Assembly: GCA_002269645.1 (NCBI GenBank)
Contig: NIVC01002020.1
Coordinates: forward strand, 124,001-188,000
DNA from: Macrostomum lignano
Taxonomy: Eukaryota
Direction: 5' to 3'
Length of the DNA: 64,000 bases
Shown: positions 11,340 to 23,539 of the stretch, one piece after another
Numbering within the stretch: position 1 is the stretch's first letter
How the letters are laid out: the number at the start of each line of letters is the position of its first letter
Translations under genes and position numbers: made by a program
Notes under the pieces: generated by a model
Database searches by the model: none
Told to the model about the DNA's origin: nothing
The model's input: only the letters and a program-made list of their open reading frames with translations

Positions 11340-14300
11340 ATGGAACGATTGAAATTCTCCAGATTCGACGATCTCGAGCTGTCGCATAGCAGCGACTCTT
11401 CATCCAACCGGTCAGCTGACCAGCGCCTCGGCGACGGCCAGCAGGAGGGCTGGCGCCGCACCAGCACGCAGTCTGCCGCCTCTTCGTCGGCATCTCAGGG
11501 CGGCAGCGTCAGTTTCAGCGACAGCAGCGCCGAGGAAAAAAAGTTGCGCGAGTTTGGCATCGATTGTCTGTCGCTTCGAGCTGTCAATCTGGGCTACCGG
11601 CAGAACACCTGCCTGCAGTCTGTTGAGGAGATCGGTGGCCTGGTGCGCTTCCGCAGCCAGCCGTTCATCTGCGAGGTTCTGCTGCAGCTGGATAAGTGCG
11701 GCGAATGGCTGAGTGTCAGATGGGTCAGGGAGGAGTCAGGGAGGGATGGGTCAGGGAGGAATGGGTCAGGGTGGGATGAGTCAGGGAGGGATGGGTCAGG
11801 TGGGATGGGTCAGGGAAGGATGGGTCAGGGAGGGATGGGTCAGGGAAGGATGGGTCAGGGAGGGATGGGTCAGGGAGGGATGGGTCAGGGAGGGATGGGT
11901 CAGGGAGGGATGGGTCAGGGAGGGATGGGTCAGGGAGGGATGGGTCAGGGATGGGTCAGGGTCAGGGAGGGATGGGTCAGGGAGGGATGGGTCAGGGAGG
12001 GATGGGTCAGGGAGGGATGGGTCAGGGAGGGATGGGTCAGGGAGGGATGGGTCAGGGAGGGATGGGTCAGGGTAAGGGAGGGATGGGTCAGGGTAAGGGA
12101 GGGATGGGTCAGGGTAAGGGAGGGATGGGTCAGGGTAAGGGAGGGATGGGTCAGGGTCAGGGTAAGGGAGGGATGGGTCAGGGTAAGGGAGGGATGGGTC
12201 AGGGTAAGGGAGGGATGGGTTAGGGTAAGGGAGGGATGGGTCAGGGTAAGGGAGGGATGGGTCAGGGTAAGGGAGGGATGGGTCGGGGAGGGATGGGTCG
12301 GGGAGAGATGGGTCAGGAGGGATGGGTCAGGGAGGGATGGGTCAGGAGGGATGGGTCAGGGAGGGATGGGTCAGGGAGGGATGGGTCAGGGAGGGATGGG
12401 TCAGGGTCAGGGTAAGGGAGGGATGGGTCAGGGTAAGGGAGGGATGGGTCAGGGTAAGGGAGGGATGGGTTAGGGTAAGGGAGGGATGGGTCAGGGTAAG
12501 GGAGGGATGGGTCAGGGTAAGGGAGGGATGGGTCGGGGAGGGATGGGTCGGGGAGAGATGGGTCAGGAGGGATGGGTCAGGGAGGGATGGGTCAGGAAGG
12601 GATGGGGCAGGGAGAGGTCAGGAATGAATCGTAAAGTTTCCTGACTGACAACCTCTCTTCCCCTCTTCCGCAGGAGTCTGGCCACGGCTGACTGGACCCT
12701 GGGTCTTGTCCAGGGCTGCAGCAGGTCGAGTTTCGTTGCCCAGTTCGAGGACGCCTGCACCCTCGAGTCCTGCTGCCAGCCGCTTGCCTTTGGCACCTTT
12801 CGAATGCTGAACGACGGCGATGGAATCCAGTTCCCGTTCGTGACGCACACCAACGCGCTGATTGAGGTGGACAAGAATACGGTACTGGCGGACCAGTGCC
12901 AGCTGCTCTCCTACAACTGCGTGTTCACGCCCTATTCTCAGGTGAGAAGCAGGAGGGAGGATCGATGAGGGGAGAGATAGATAAGCGAGATTAAGAGAGA
13001 TTTAAGGTTACGGCAAATTCATGAAAGATGATCGTCATTTTCGGAGACAAGTGACTTGAAGAAAATGAGAGAATTTTGAAAAGATGGGAGAATTGAGAGA
13101 GACGGGAGTATTGAAGGAGATGGGAGAATTGAAGGAGATGGGAGAATTGAAGGAGATGGGAGAATTGAAGAAGATGGGAGAATTGAAGGAGATGGGAGAA
13201 TTGTGGGAGATGGGAAAATTGAGAGAGGTGGGAGAATTAAAGGGAAAATTGAAGGAGATGGGAGAATTGTGGGAGATGGGAGAATTGAAGGAGATGGGAG
13301 GATTGAGAGAGGTGGGAGAATTTAAGGGAGAATTGAATGAGATGGGAGAATTGAGAGAGGTGGGAGAATTGCGAGAGGTGGGAGAATTGTGGGAGATGGG
13401 AGAATTGAAGGAGATGGGAGAATTGTGGGAGATGGGAGAATTGAAGGAGATGGGAGAGTTGTGGGAGATTGGAGAATTGAAGGAGATGGGAGAATTGAGA
13501 GAGGTGGGAGAATTGAAGGGAGAATTGAAGGAGATGGGAGAATTGAGAGAGATGGGAGAATCGAAGGAGATGAGAGAATTAATGGAGATGGGAGAATCGA
13601 AGGAGATGAGAGAATTAAAGGAGATGAGAGAATCGAAGGAGATGAGAGAATTAAAGGAGATGGGAGAATGTAAGGAGATGGGACAATCGAGGAAGAGAAC
13701 AAGTTGAGAAGGTGGTTAAGAAATCAGGGAAGGGTTTGGAGATTATTTCATAGGAAAATTGCTGCTTTTGCTTGCTAATAAAACCTGACAGATCGACGTG
13801 GCCCTCACGAGCAGGCGGCACTACCTGACGCGTGTCAGCTTCAGGCACAGCTGCACCACCTGGCTGGTGGCCGTGCGCCGGGGCACCCACACTGAGCGGC
13901 ACTATCATCAGCGGATTAAGTACCTCACCTTTAACCCCACCTGGGACCGGCTGTACTCCCTCATGACTATGCGATGGGACTGCGCCTTCCAGGTAACTCT
14001 TTGAGATTCAGTGGGCACCTTGCAACTCTTCATCATCCAGCTCCAACATCCCTGCAACCCTTCATCATCCAGCTCCAACATCCTTGCAACCCTTCATCAC
14101 TTAGCTCCAATATCCCTGCAACCCTTCATCACTCAGCTCCAGTATCTCTAAAACCCTTCATCACTCAGCTACAATATCGTTGCAACTCTTCATCATCCAG
14201 CTCCAATATCTCTAAAACCCTTCATCATCCAGCTCCAATATCCCTGCAACCCTTCATCACTCAGCTCCAATATCTCTAAAACCCTTCATCATCCAGCTCC

Positions 14301-15107
14301 AATATCCCTACAACCCTTCATCACTCAGCTCCAATATCCCTGCAACCCTTCATCACTCAGCTCAATATCCCTGCAACCCTTCATCACTCAGCTCAATATC
14401 CCTGCAACCCTTCATCACTCAGCTCCAATATCCCTGCAACCCTTCATCACTCAGCTCAATATCCCTACAACCCTTCATCACTCAGCTCCAATATCCCTGC
14501 AACCCTTCATCACTCAGCTCCAGTATCTCTAAAACCCTGCATCATTCAGCTCCAATATCCCTGCAACCCTTCATCATCCAGCTCCAATATCTCTAAAACC
14601 CTTCATCATCCAGCTCCAATATCCCTACAACCCTTCATCACTCAGCTCCAATATCTCTAAAACCCTTCATCATCCAGCTCCAGCCCAGTCCACCGCCTTC
14701 TCTTGCCCCACCAGGCGGACCTGGACTATCGCCGCGGTGGCGACACAGTCGTGATGTTCAATGAGAGCGGCGCGGACTCGCCCAGCATCTGCGAGCGCCC
14801 TCTGCCGGTGTTTCGCTCCGTGCTGCTGGGCCCCGCCCTCGTCGACACGCAGGCGACCGTCTGCTACCTGGACAACACCGGGCAGCCGGCGCAGCTCCGC
14901 CAACCGCCGAAGTACATCACTGTGCCCTGGGGCATCTGGCAGCGTCAGATGCAGCGAGACAACAGCGGCCTGTTGCTATTCGGCTGCCAGCAGGACTGGG
15001 AGCCGCGGACGTGGCCCATCCAGCAGCCCAACAGCCTCATCGGGCACCATCCGGAGGTGCTGGTGGAGTCCCTCGGCGACAATAATAGGGACAGCATCTT
15101 CACTTGA
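11340..15107 (+). CDS. FAM78-like protein, 4 exons: 11340-11695, 12674-12941, 13792-13992, 14715-15107
   Basis: GT-AG junctions join in frame; motifs [46 protein letters not shown]...TQ resemble FAM78A/B (WVVGWIQAC, SDGVSYPW, LTRIKRDQSFTTWLVAM). Confidence 0.65.
11718..12610. repeat. 15-bp G-tract minisatellite (GGGAGGGATGGGTCA)n with GGGTAA/GGGTTA variants, FAM78-like intron 1
   Basis: Direct observation; fills most of intron 11696-12673. Confidence 0.97.
13083..13690. repeat. 18-bp purine-rich minisatellite (GGAGATGGGAGAATTGAA)n, FAM78-like intron 2
   Basis: Direct observation. Confidence 0.95.
14030..14680. repeat. 32-33-bp minisatellite (CCCTGCAACCCTTCATCACTCAGCTCCAATAT)n, FAM78-like intron 3
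   Basis: Direct observation; ends about 35 bp before the acceptor. Confidence 0.95.
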
Positions 15108-15136
15108 AGCTGATTAGACCTTCTGCTAGTGTGCCC

Positions 15137-15330
15137 TTCGGGTATTCGGGCATTCGGCTATTCGGGCATTCGGCTATTCGGTCATTCGGTCATTCGGGCA
15201 TTCGGTCATTCGGGCATTCGGGCATTCGGTCATTCGGGTATTCGGTCATTCGGTCATTCGAACATTTGGGAATTCGGGCATTTGGGCATTCGGTCATTCG
15301 GGCATTCGGGTATTCGGTCATTCGGGGATT
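15137..15330. repeat. 8-bp repeat (TTCGGGCA/TTCGGTCA)n just after the FAM78-like stop (probable 3' UTR)
   Basis: Direct observation. Confidence 0.9.
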
Positions 15331-15821
15331 CGTGTATTCAGGAATTTGTAACAACACAGAAATTGTCCTGCAGTGACAATTTATAACCAATGACTAAATT
15401 GTTGCCTTGTTCCAATTTCTGTCAATGTTTCCTGTTGCTTGCTTCTAAAACTGAATGCACATACTACTGAAATATAACCAAATTATATGATGCAATAATA
15501 TTATACTTTAAAAAGATTTATCATTAATAAATTATTATCTGTAAACCAACCAGTTACTAGTAGAAATTATAGTTTAACGAAGCATATTTATATTTTTAGC
15601 TTATTAAACAATTTTGGGTTGTTAAACAATTTACACAATTCACAAGCTACGATCGTAACAAATATTCTTACGAGCGTAGAAATGTCTCATCAATTAGAAA
15701 GTTGCAGCACTGAACAGGTGCCGACAAAACTAATATTAATGGCATAGGATCTAACACCGTCCACACGCTGATGAACGAATGAGATGCTTTTATTGAGGAG
15801 AGAGCAAAAAACTCATTTTCA

Positions 15822-16678
15822 AGGTCACTGGAGCCTGGCATTCCCAACAAATTCCAAGGTCACTGGAGCCTGAAATTCTCAACCAATTTTAAGGTCACTG
15901 GAGCCTGGCATTCCCAACAAATTCCAAGGTCACTGGAGCCTGACATTCCCAACAAATTCCAAGGTCACTGGAGCCTAGCATTCCCAACTAATTTCAAGGT
16001 CACTGGAGCCTGGCATTCCCAACAAATTCCAAGGTCACTGGAGCCTGGCATTCCCAACCAATTCCAAGGTCACTGGAGCCTGGCATTTTCCCAGCTAATT
16101 CCAAGGTCACTGGAGCCTGAAATTCTCAACCAATTTCAAGGTCACTGGAGCCTGACATTCCCAACTAATTCCAAGGTCACTGGAGCCTGGCATTCCCAAC
16201 AAATTCCAAGGTCACTGGAGCCTGACATTCCCAACAAATTCCAAGGTCACTGGAGCCTAGCATTCCCAACTAATTCCAAGGTCACTGGAGCCTGGCATTC
16301 CCAACTAATTCCAAGGTCACTGGAGCCTGGCATTCCCAACCAATTCCAAGGTCACTGGAGCCTGGCATTTTCCCAACTAATTCCAAGGTCACTGGAGCCT
16401 GAAATTCTCAACCAATTCCAAGGTCACTGGAGCCTGACATTCCCAACAAATTCCAAGGTCACTGGAGCCTAGCATTCCCAACTAATTCCAAGGTCACTGG
16501 AGCCTGGCATTCCCAACTAATTCCAAGGTCACTGGAGCTTGGCATTCCCAACTAATTTCAAGGTCACTGGAGCCTGACATTCCCAACTAATTCCAAGGTC
16601 ACTGGAGCCTAGCATTCCCAACTAATTCCAAGGTCACTGGAGCCTGGCATTCCCAACCAATTCCAAGGTCACTGGAGA
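15822..16678. repeat. 35-bp minisatellite (CAAGGTCACTGGAGCCTGGCATTCCCAACAAATTC)n
   Basis: About 24 copies between the convergent FAM78-like and CCDC96 3' ends. Confidence 0.97.
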
Positions 16679-16936
16679 CTGCATTTCTAAAAGATCGCAG
16701 GAGGGGTTTCTCAAAAACTTCAAGGTCATCATTGGCTTCCCTTCCTAAGTTGATGGCCGTTTGTTCAACTATTGGACATTCATACTCAGTAACAGAATGA
16801 ATTGAAGTATTGAACCAAAAGCATTTATAAAAATCACCCGTAAAAATATTTTGTATGGCAGCACGTAAGGCAAACGGTGGATTTTTAAAACAGAAAGATA
16901 AGCAATCGAATCTCGTTCTGTTAGGGAACAGCCAGA

Positions 16937-19900
16937 TTACTGGGCGCTCTGAGCCCTGGCAACATCGATCTTGCGCTTCAGCTTGCTGCACTGCAGTGTC
17001 GCCTCCGAGTGCTGAGTCTTCAGCGATTCGAGCCGGCCGCGCTTCTCCGTCACCAGGTCGGCGTTCTCTTCGAAGTTGCGCAACAAAGCCTCGTTGCCTA
17101 GCAGGCCGCTGTTCTGCTTCAACCGCTGGTTGTCGTTGCGCAACGAGTCGCGAGTTTGCTTGGTTCGGGTCAGCTGATCGCGCCTCTTGGACAGGGTCTG
17201 GTCTAGCTGGTCCAGCGACTCGCACTGCTCCTGCCTCTTGCACTGCACGAATTGGAGCTTCTCTTTCAGGTGGGTGAGCACCTGGGTTGGAGACGGGCGG
17301 GGGGTGGTTGGGGCGCTGTGATTTGCCGCTATTGGCTCTTGGCTCCCAACCTTTTGTCGTCATTCAGACTTTTTTGTCACTCCCACTCTCTGGTCACTCC
17401 CACTCTCTAGTCACTCCCACTCTCTGGTCACTCCCACTCTCTAGTCACTCCCACTCTCTGGTCACACTCACTCTCTGGTCACTCCCACTCTCTGGTCACT
17501 CTCACTCTCTGGTCACTCTCACTCTCTGGTCACTCCCACTCTCTGGTCACTCCCACTCTCTGGTCACTCCCACTCTCTAGTCACTCCCACTCTCTGGTCA
17601 CTTCCACTCTCTAGTCACTCTCACTCTCTGGTCACTCCCACTCTCTGGTCACTCTCACTCTCTAGTCACTCCCACTCTCTGGTCACTCCCACTCTCTGGT
17701 CACTCCCACTCTCTAGTCACTCCACTCTCTAGTCACTCCCACTCTGTGGTCACTCCCACTCTCTGGTCACTTCCACTCTCTAGTCACTCCCACTCTCTGG
17801 TCACTCCCACTCTCTAGTCACTCCCACTCTCTAGTCACTCCCACTCTCTGATCACTCCCACTCTCTAGTCACTCCACTCTCTAGTCACTCCCACTCTGTG
17901 GTCACTCCCACTCTCTGGTCACTTCCACTCTCTAGTCACTCCCACTCTCTGGTCACTCCCACTCTCTAGTCAGTCCCACTCTCTGATCACTCCCACTCTG
18001 TGGTAACTTCTGGCCTCTTGTCACTTTCGGCCTCTTGTCACTCCTAACCCGCACCCTCCAGTCAGAGTAGCTCAGTGATAATGCGTCTGATTTTCGAGCC
18101 AAAGTAGTACCCGAGTGCGTGATCCCGTGCGCAAAAACACCAATTTGGGGTTACAATTCTCGCCCATAAGAGACAATCACCAAAGACAGTGCGTACACTC
18201 CCTCACCTGGACATTATTAGTAATCTTCTTCTTTAGTTTAAGCAGCTCCTCCTGTCGCTCTTCAATCTTCTCATTGTAAGTTTGATTTTCAATCTTCAGT
18301 TGCTCAAAATCGATCATGTGCAGGCCCTCGGACAGCTCCTCCTTAGCTTTAAGTGAGGTCTCGCATTTGCGAACCCGGTTGCTAAGGCCGATGTTGTCAA
18401 GGCGCACCCGGGCCACCTGGAGCAGGTGCGATGGATAAAACTCCATTGCAAAATTAACTTAAAATAAAATAATAGACGCAAGATTTTGAGGCAATAATAA
18501 GTATAATATTTACAGTATTAACTCGATGTGCACAAATGAACGCAAAACGGACGAAACTCAGTCTAAAGGGGCAGGCGCAATCTATCTCAGCCAATGAGAG
18601 AGCAGTAAGGAGAGAGGTCAAAGTTAGACGGACGAAGCTCAGCCTAGGGGGGGGGCAGGCCAAATTTGTCTCAGCCAATGAGAGAGCAGTAAGGAGAGAG
18701 ATCAAAGTTAGACGGACGAAACTCAGCCTAGGAGGGGGGGGGGCAGGCCAAATCTGTCTCAGCCAATGAGAGAGCAGTAAGAAAATAGCTTAAAGTCAGA
18801 CGGGCAAGAGGACAGTCTAACTGTTTATCGGCCTAGCTGGGAGCTGGGACACCCACCATCCCTTTTCTCTCTTGCTCGCTATACAGGCAAGTTCACCTGA
18901 TCCTCAAGCGACGCCTCGTCCTGCAGCATGTCGTCAACGCTGGTGCTGAGCGGGTCCTGCGCCTTCCCGCCGCCGGCCGCCTCTGATCGCTTCTGAGTCA
19001 CCGCCGGGAACGGACGGCCGTTCGTGGCCGACACCGCCTTCAGGCCGACCTTCCGCTTGGCGTCCAGCTGGCTCTGGTACAGCAGCCGCATCTCCTCCTC
19101 GCGGCTCTGGCACTCCAGCTCCAGCTCCTGGATTCGGTCGTCAAATTCCAGCCGCTTGGAATCGCGAGTCCGTCGCAGCTCGTCCAGATTAGCAACGAAC
19201 TTGGCGTAACGCTGCTCCTGATCCGTGATAGACTTCTCTGTCTCCTGGCTAGCCTCGGCCTGGCCGCCCTGGTCGGCCTTCTTCCGCCGGAAATAGTCGC
19301 TTAGCTTAGTCTGCAGCAGGCTGTTCTGGTGCAGCTTCTGCTCTCGCTCTTGCATGGCCTGCAAATATACAGCAGTGGTAGGATGCGAGTATGCGAGTTC
19401 AGAATGAATTATTTTAACGTTAGCAGCTATTTATTTGCATAATGTATGTGAGCATACTCACCTGTTTGTAGCTGGCAATCATGAGCTCTCTGTTGAATTC
19501 TTCCTCTTCCACTTCCTCCTCCTCGTATTCCTCTTCTTCTTCTTCCTCTTCCTCGCCCTCGATGCCGATCTCGTCGAAGGTCGCGACCATCTCATCCGGC
19601 GAGGTCGGCTCGGGCCGCTCGGCCTCCTCGTCAACTTCGTCGATGCGGTCAGCCTGCTGCCGCTCCTCGCCTGTCGGCGTTGGCTCGCGCGACAACTTCT
19701 CGGACACCCGGGCCGGACTCTCCGCTCGCTCGCCATCGGCGAATGTCTCGGAGGTCGGCGGCTGCTCGCCTTCTTCGCCGTCGGCAGCCTCGGCCTGGCC
19801 GTCTTCGGCCGACTCGCCTGTCGCCATCGCCTCCTCGCCGGTGCCTTCTCCAGTTTCACCGGAGGCCGCTGCCTCCTCGCCTTCGGCTTTGGCTTCACCG

Positions 19901-21157
19901 CCGCCCTCCCCATCGGCCGCCTCCGCTGTCGCTTCGCCGCCAGCAGCTCCTTCTTCGCCTTCGGCAGCTGCTGCTTCTTCGCCAGTGCCCGCTCCTTCCG
20001 CCGCCGCTGCTTCGTCCGATTGCTGTTGATCGCCAGCTTCCGCTGCCGCATCTCCGTCGGTCGCCTCACCTTCGGCCTTCGCCTCCTCCTCTCCGGCCGC
20101 TGCGTCGCCAACTTCACCATCATCCTCGGCTTTTCCGTGCGCCTCCTCAGTAGCTGCCTCCTCGCCGTCCGCAGCTTCTGCCGGCTGCTCGGATGCGGTC
20201 ACAGTCGCTTCGCCGGCTTCTCCACTTCCTGCTTCGTCGTCTGGTGCCTCTGCTGCCCCTTCTGCTGCCGGAGCTTCGACGGCCTCTTCTTGTTGGGGCG
20301 CTGGCTCCTCCTCCTCCTGCGCTGGAGGCGCAGGCTCTGTCTCAGTAGCTTCAGGTGCCGCTACCTGCTGATGTTGCGGAGAATTTTTACAGGCTAGTTG
20401 CAGCATTGTTTTTGTATTTGGGCATAAATATATGAAAATATACATTTGTATATTTGGCCAAGAGACAACCTTTGAGCTGCGAACTTTCAGTTCAATAATT
20501 CTGCTTTGATGTATTGCCACTTAAGTTACTCGTTGTCACTCATGATTTCTACTGGTCTTCACCTGGGTTGCGTAAAATGTTTTTAGAACCAAAAATCTCT
20601 CATATTTGGTGGTAAGGAAGAGGCAATATTGAAGTGCTAACTCGTATTTTTTAGTTTTTTTAAATAAAAAACTATTTTTTACTGTTCTAAAAATGACAAT
20701 GACCCAAACTTTTTGAGTTAAAATTGATCTTGAGTTAACTTAAAATAAAAAATCTTTTTTTCAGAAAATTGTGGCTCAGAAACGTCAGCGCAATTTTTTT
20801 TCTATTTTTGCAAATTTATATTTAATTTTAATCCAACTATTTTTTGAAAAATATAAATGGTTTATTTTTTAAGCTTTTAATAAAGTTATACTCGTACAAA
20901 CAAAAGAACAAATCTTCTGATTAAAATTACGAAGTGTGGAAATAAAATTCACCTACAATCTATACAAGAGTCAAAAATATTTAAAGTCTAAAGTCTAAAG
21001 TCTAAAGTCTTCCAAAGTCTAAAAATCAAGATACATGTAAGCCTTCTGTCCTGAATCACTGTTTAAGAACAGAAGCCACTGCTATTATATCACTTACGTC
21101 ATCTGACTCGGTGTTTGGCTGATTTTGTTCGGCGATTTCAGTCGGTTCTTCGGCCAT
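16937..21157 (-). CDS. CCDC96: Coiled-coil domain-containing protein 96 (CFAP184, DUF4201), 5 exons: 21157-21098, 20367(or 20364)-19462, 19358-18897, 18416-18207, 17281-16937
   Basis: All phase-0 GT-AG junctions; KEELSEGLHMIDFEQLKIENQTYNEKIEERQEELLKLKKK...VQVLTHLKEKLQFV...GLLGNEALLRNFEE is the CCDC96 signature; long acidic E/A/G-rich N-terminus. Confidence 0.9.
17375..18002. repeat. 17-bp minisatellite (GGTCACTCCCACTCTCT)n in CCDC96 intron 4
   Basis: About 37 copies. Confidence 0.97.
18548..18785. repeat. ~83-bp unit x3 in CCDC96 intron 3
   Basis: GGACGAAACTCAG...CAGCCAATGAGAGAGCAGTAAG repeated three times. Confidence 0.9.
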
Positions 21158-22450
21158 TTGGTTATATTACAGCCAGTTTCCAAATTTACAATGCACTGCA
21201 CTGTTGTGCGTATGCTGCTATGCTATTGAAAAGAAAAAATAAAATAAAATTTAAACGGTTAAAAACGGGTTAGTGACAGAAATGCTGAAAAATATCAAAT
21301 AAATGTCCTTTTTGCTAATATTTTTTATGTAAAATAATACATTTGAAAACCTTAATTGCAAATTGTTGATAAATAATCAGTAAATATATAATAATTTTTT
21401 TTATTTTGGTTTACTGACAAATACTTTCCGAGTTGAAAGTAACGATTTAAAAAAGTATATAATACAATTATTACTCTAATTAAACGCAAAATTTCTTTTA
21501 TTTTATAAAATAAAACACGATTGTTTGTTTTTAGAAAGTGAAGCATTCATTTAAACCATTTAAAATCATTCAATTAAGATTAGGGATTAGGGCTGCTGCA
21601 ATTCTAGAAGTGAAGTGAATCTGCTGTCTAAGTCAATACAGCACATTTAAAATCACGTTTTCTTAAGGGGGTTTTTTGCCTTTGAAAGTTTAGAGAATAG
21701 TACCTCTTTTTATATATTTTCTTTAGAGGCCTAGTACAAACGTCGATATGTCTACAGACGATTAAACTCGTATTAAGCTCGTAGGAAATAGCTTCGTTAG
21801 TAAAATGTATAAAATAGGTTTTTTAGTACAATGGATAAATTTTTGATTTAAAAAGAATGAGCGTGAGTGTCAAACAAATAAACTTTGACAGTGAGAAAAC
21901 GAAGCTATTTACGTCTTTATTTTTCTTTGTACTTACAATATTTTGTTTTTATAGACATATTGGTGTACATAATTTTTAAACCAATGCGATTTGTACTTTG
22001 TTTTACTTATACGCTTCGGAAAATTTTGCGCTGACGTTATTATTTCTTGCAACGGCAAGTAAAAGCTAATCTTCGTCTTTTGTCAGATTTGGAAGTGAGT
22101 CTGGTGTAAGTATTTACTGACTGCATTTACTTTGCTTATGTTGATTCACATGATCCAAACTATTGGTTATATTTAAGGAAAAATTTTAAATATTAATAAA
22201 AAACAAAGATTAGGCCCTAAACTAAAAGTACCATGTCCATAGTGAAAACTAAAAAGTTATTGCCAATATGCAAAACAATGGCGGATCTAAAGGAAGGATA
22301 AGGGGCAGCTACCCAACCTCTTTTGCCATGGTAGAACTTGCATATAAGAGAGGAATATTGCAATTGTATTGTAGGTTTATTTGGACCTTATTTTTGGCAA
22401 CCCAAAAAGTTGGGCCAATCTGCTTGCCTACTTTAAAAATCCTTTATTTG

Positions 22451-23339
22451 CAGTGTTGGGCACCAGTCCGTTAATAAGCGTTAATCCGTTAATAAGCGTT
22501 ACTAAGTGTTAAGATTTTTCATTAACGTTAACGGACTGTCGTTAATATTTTTTTGAACTAACAAATTAACGAATTTGCGTTAAAAATTTTGTGAATTAAC
22601 GATAAATTCATGTCATGTCATGTCATCATGTCTATGTCAATGACCAAAGACGCAAAGAAAGAACGAAAAACAAGTCTTACAAGAAGTTTAAACATTACGA
22701 ACGTATTTGAGCTTGCCTATATGCCTAAATATAATCTCTTTATTTATAACAATGATCATACAGATGTACATGTAATTAACAACTTCTTACAAATAAACTT
22801 TAAAATAATGAATTAAAATAATGTGAAACTTTATTTCTTGCGATTGAGCATCAATCGCTTTGATTCACTTCTGTCCCAATCTTTTGCAACCTTCTGCTGC
22901 ACTTGCTAATGATACTAAAACAACCTTTATGCGTATTTAATTATGAATTTCTCGCTATTAGCTTTTAAGTTTCAAATAAAATAAGTTACTTTTTTTACAA
23001 TATGCTTTACTTTTAGTAGTATTATGCATGCAAGTTTTTAAAATGATTATTTATTACTTTTTTAACTTTCAGTTTCAAATCGCTTAGATGACCTCTGTGT
23101 TTCACTAAAAAGATGGAATAGCAAAGACGTGCAATACAAAGTCTGTTTTGGAAAACACGTGCAAGATTTCTGTATTTTCTATGTTAACTTTAATGGATTA
23201 ACGCTTATTAACAATTATTAGTTAACTTTCAGTTAACTTAACAAAATTAGGAGTTTAAAAGTTAAGATTTTTTTGTTTTAATGCTAATGCTTTTGCTATT
23301 AACGGAAGTTAAGATTTTCATTAATGGTGCCCAACACTG
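22451..23339. mobile_element. Non-autonomous hAT-like MITE (889 bp)
   Basis: Perfect 15-bp TIR CAGTGTTGGGCACCA / TGGTGCCCAACACTG; 8-bp flanks TTTATTTG / TGTATTTG (7/8); subterminal CGTTAA/TTAACG repeats; no coding capacity. Confidence 0.85.
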
Positions 23340-23539
23340 TGTATTTGTGCTACTGATATAAAAGTAAAACGTCAAGCTATATAAATTTAATAATATAAAT
23401 TCATTTTTCTTTTTAGGGCATAGAAGTTAAGATAAAGCTATGGTTTTATAGGTCAAACAACAAATAAATAAGTATTTATTAGATAGAATGCTTAGTTGCT
23501 TGATCTAGGCATATGATTTGGCATAATTTTGGTTTTGTA

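Noticed and set aside
12215-12475. Interstitial telomeric sequence
   Set aside because: Only isolated TTAGGG hexamers as variants of a G-rich minisatellite.
18548-18785. Hammerhead ribozyme/retrozyme in the 83-bp repeat
   Set aside because: GAAAC is present but no CUGANGA core with pairing stems.
18946-19001. Small extra intron in CCDC96 exon 3 to remove a ~20-aa insertion
   Set aside because: Available GT-AG pairs (56 or 62 nt) would shift the frame; treated as coding insertion.
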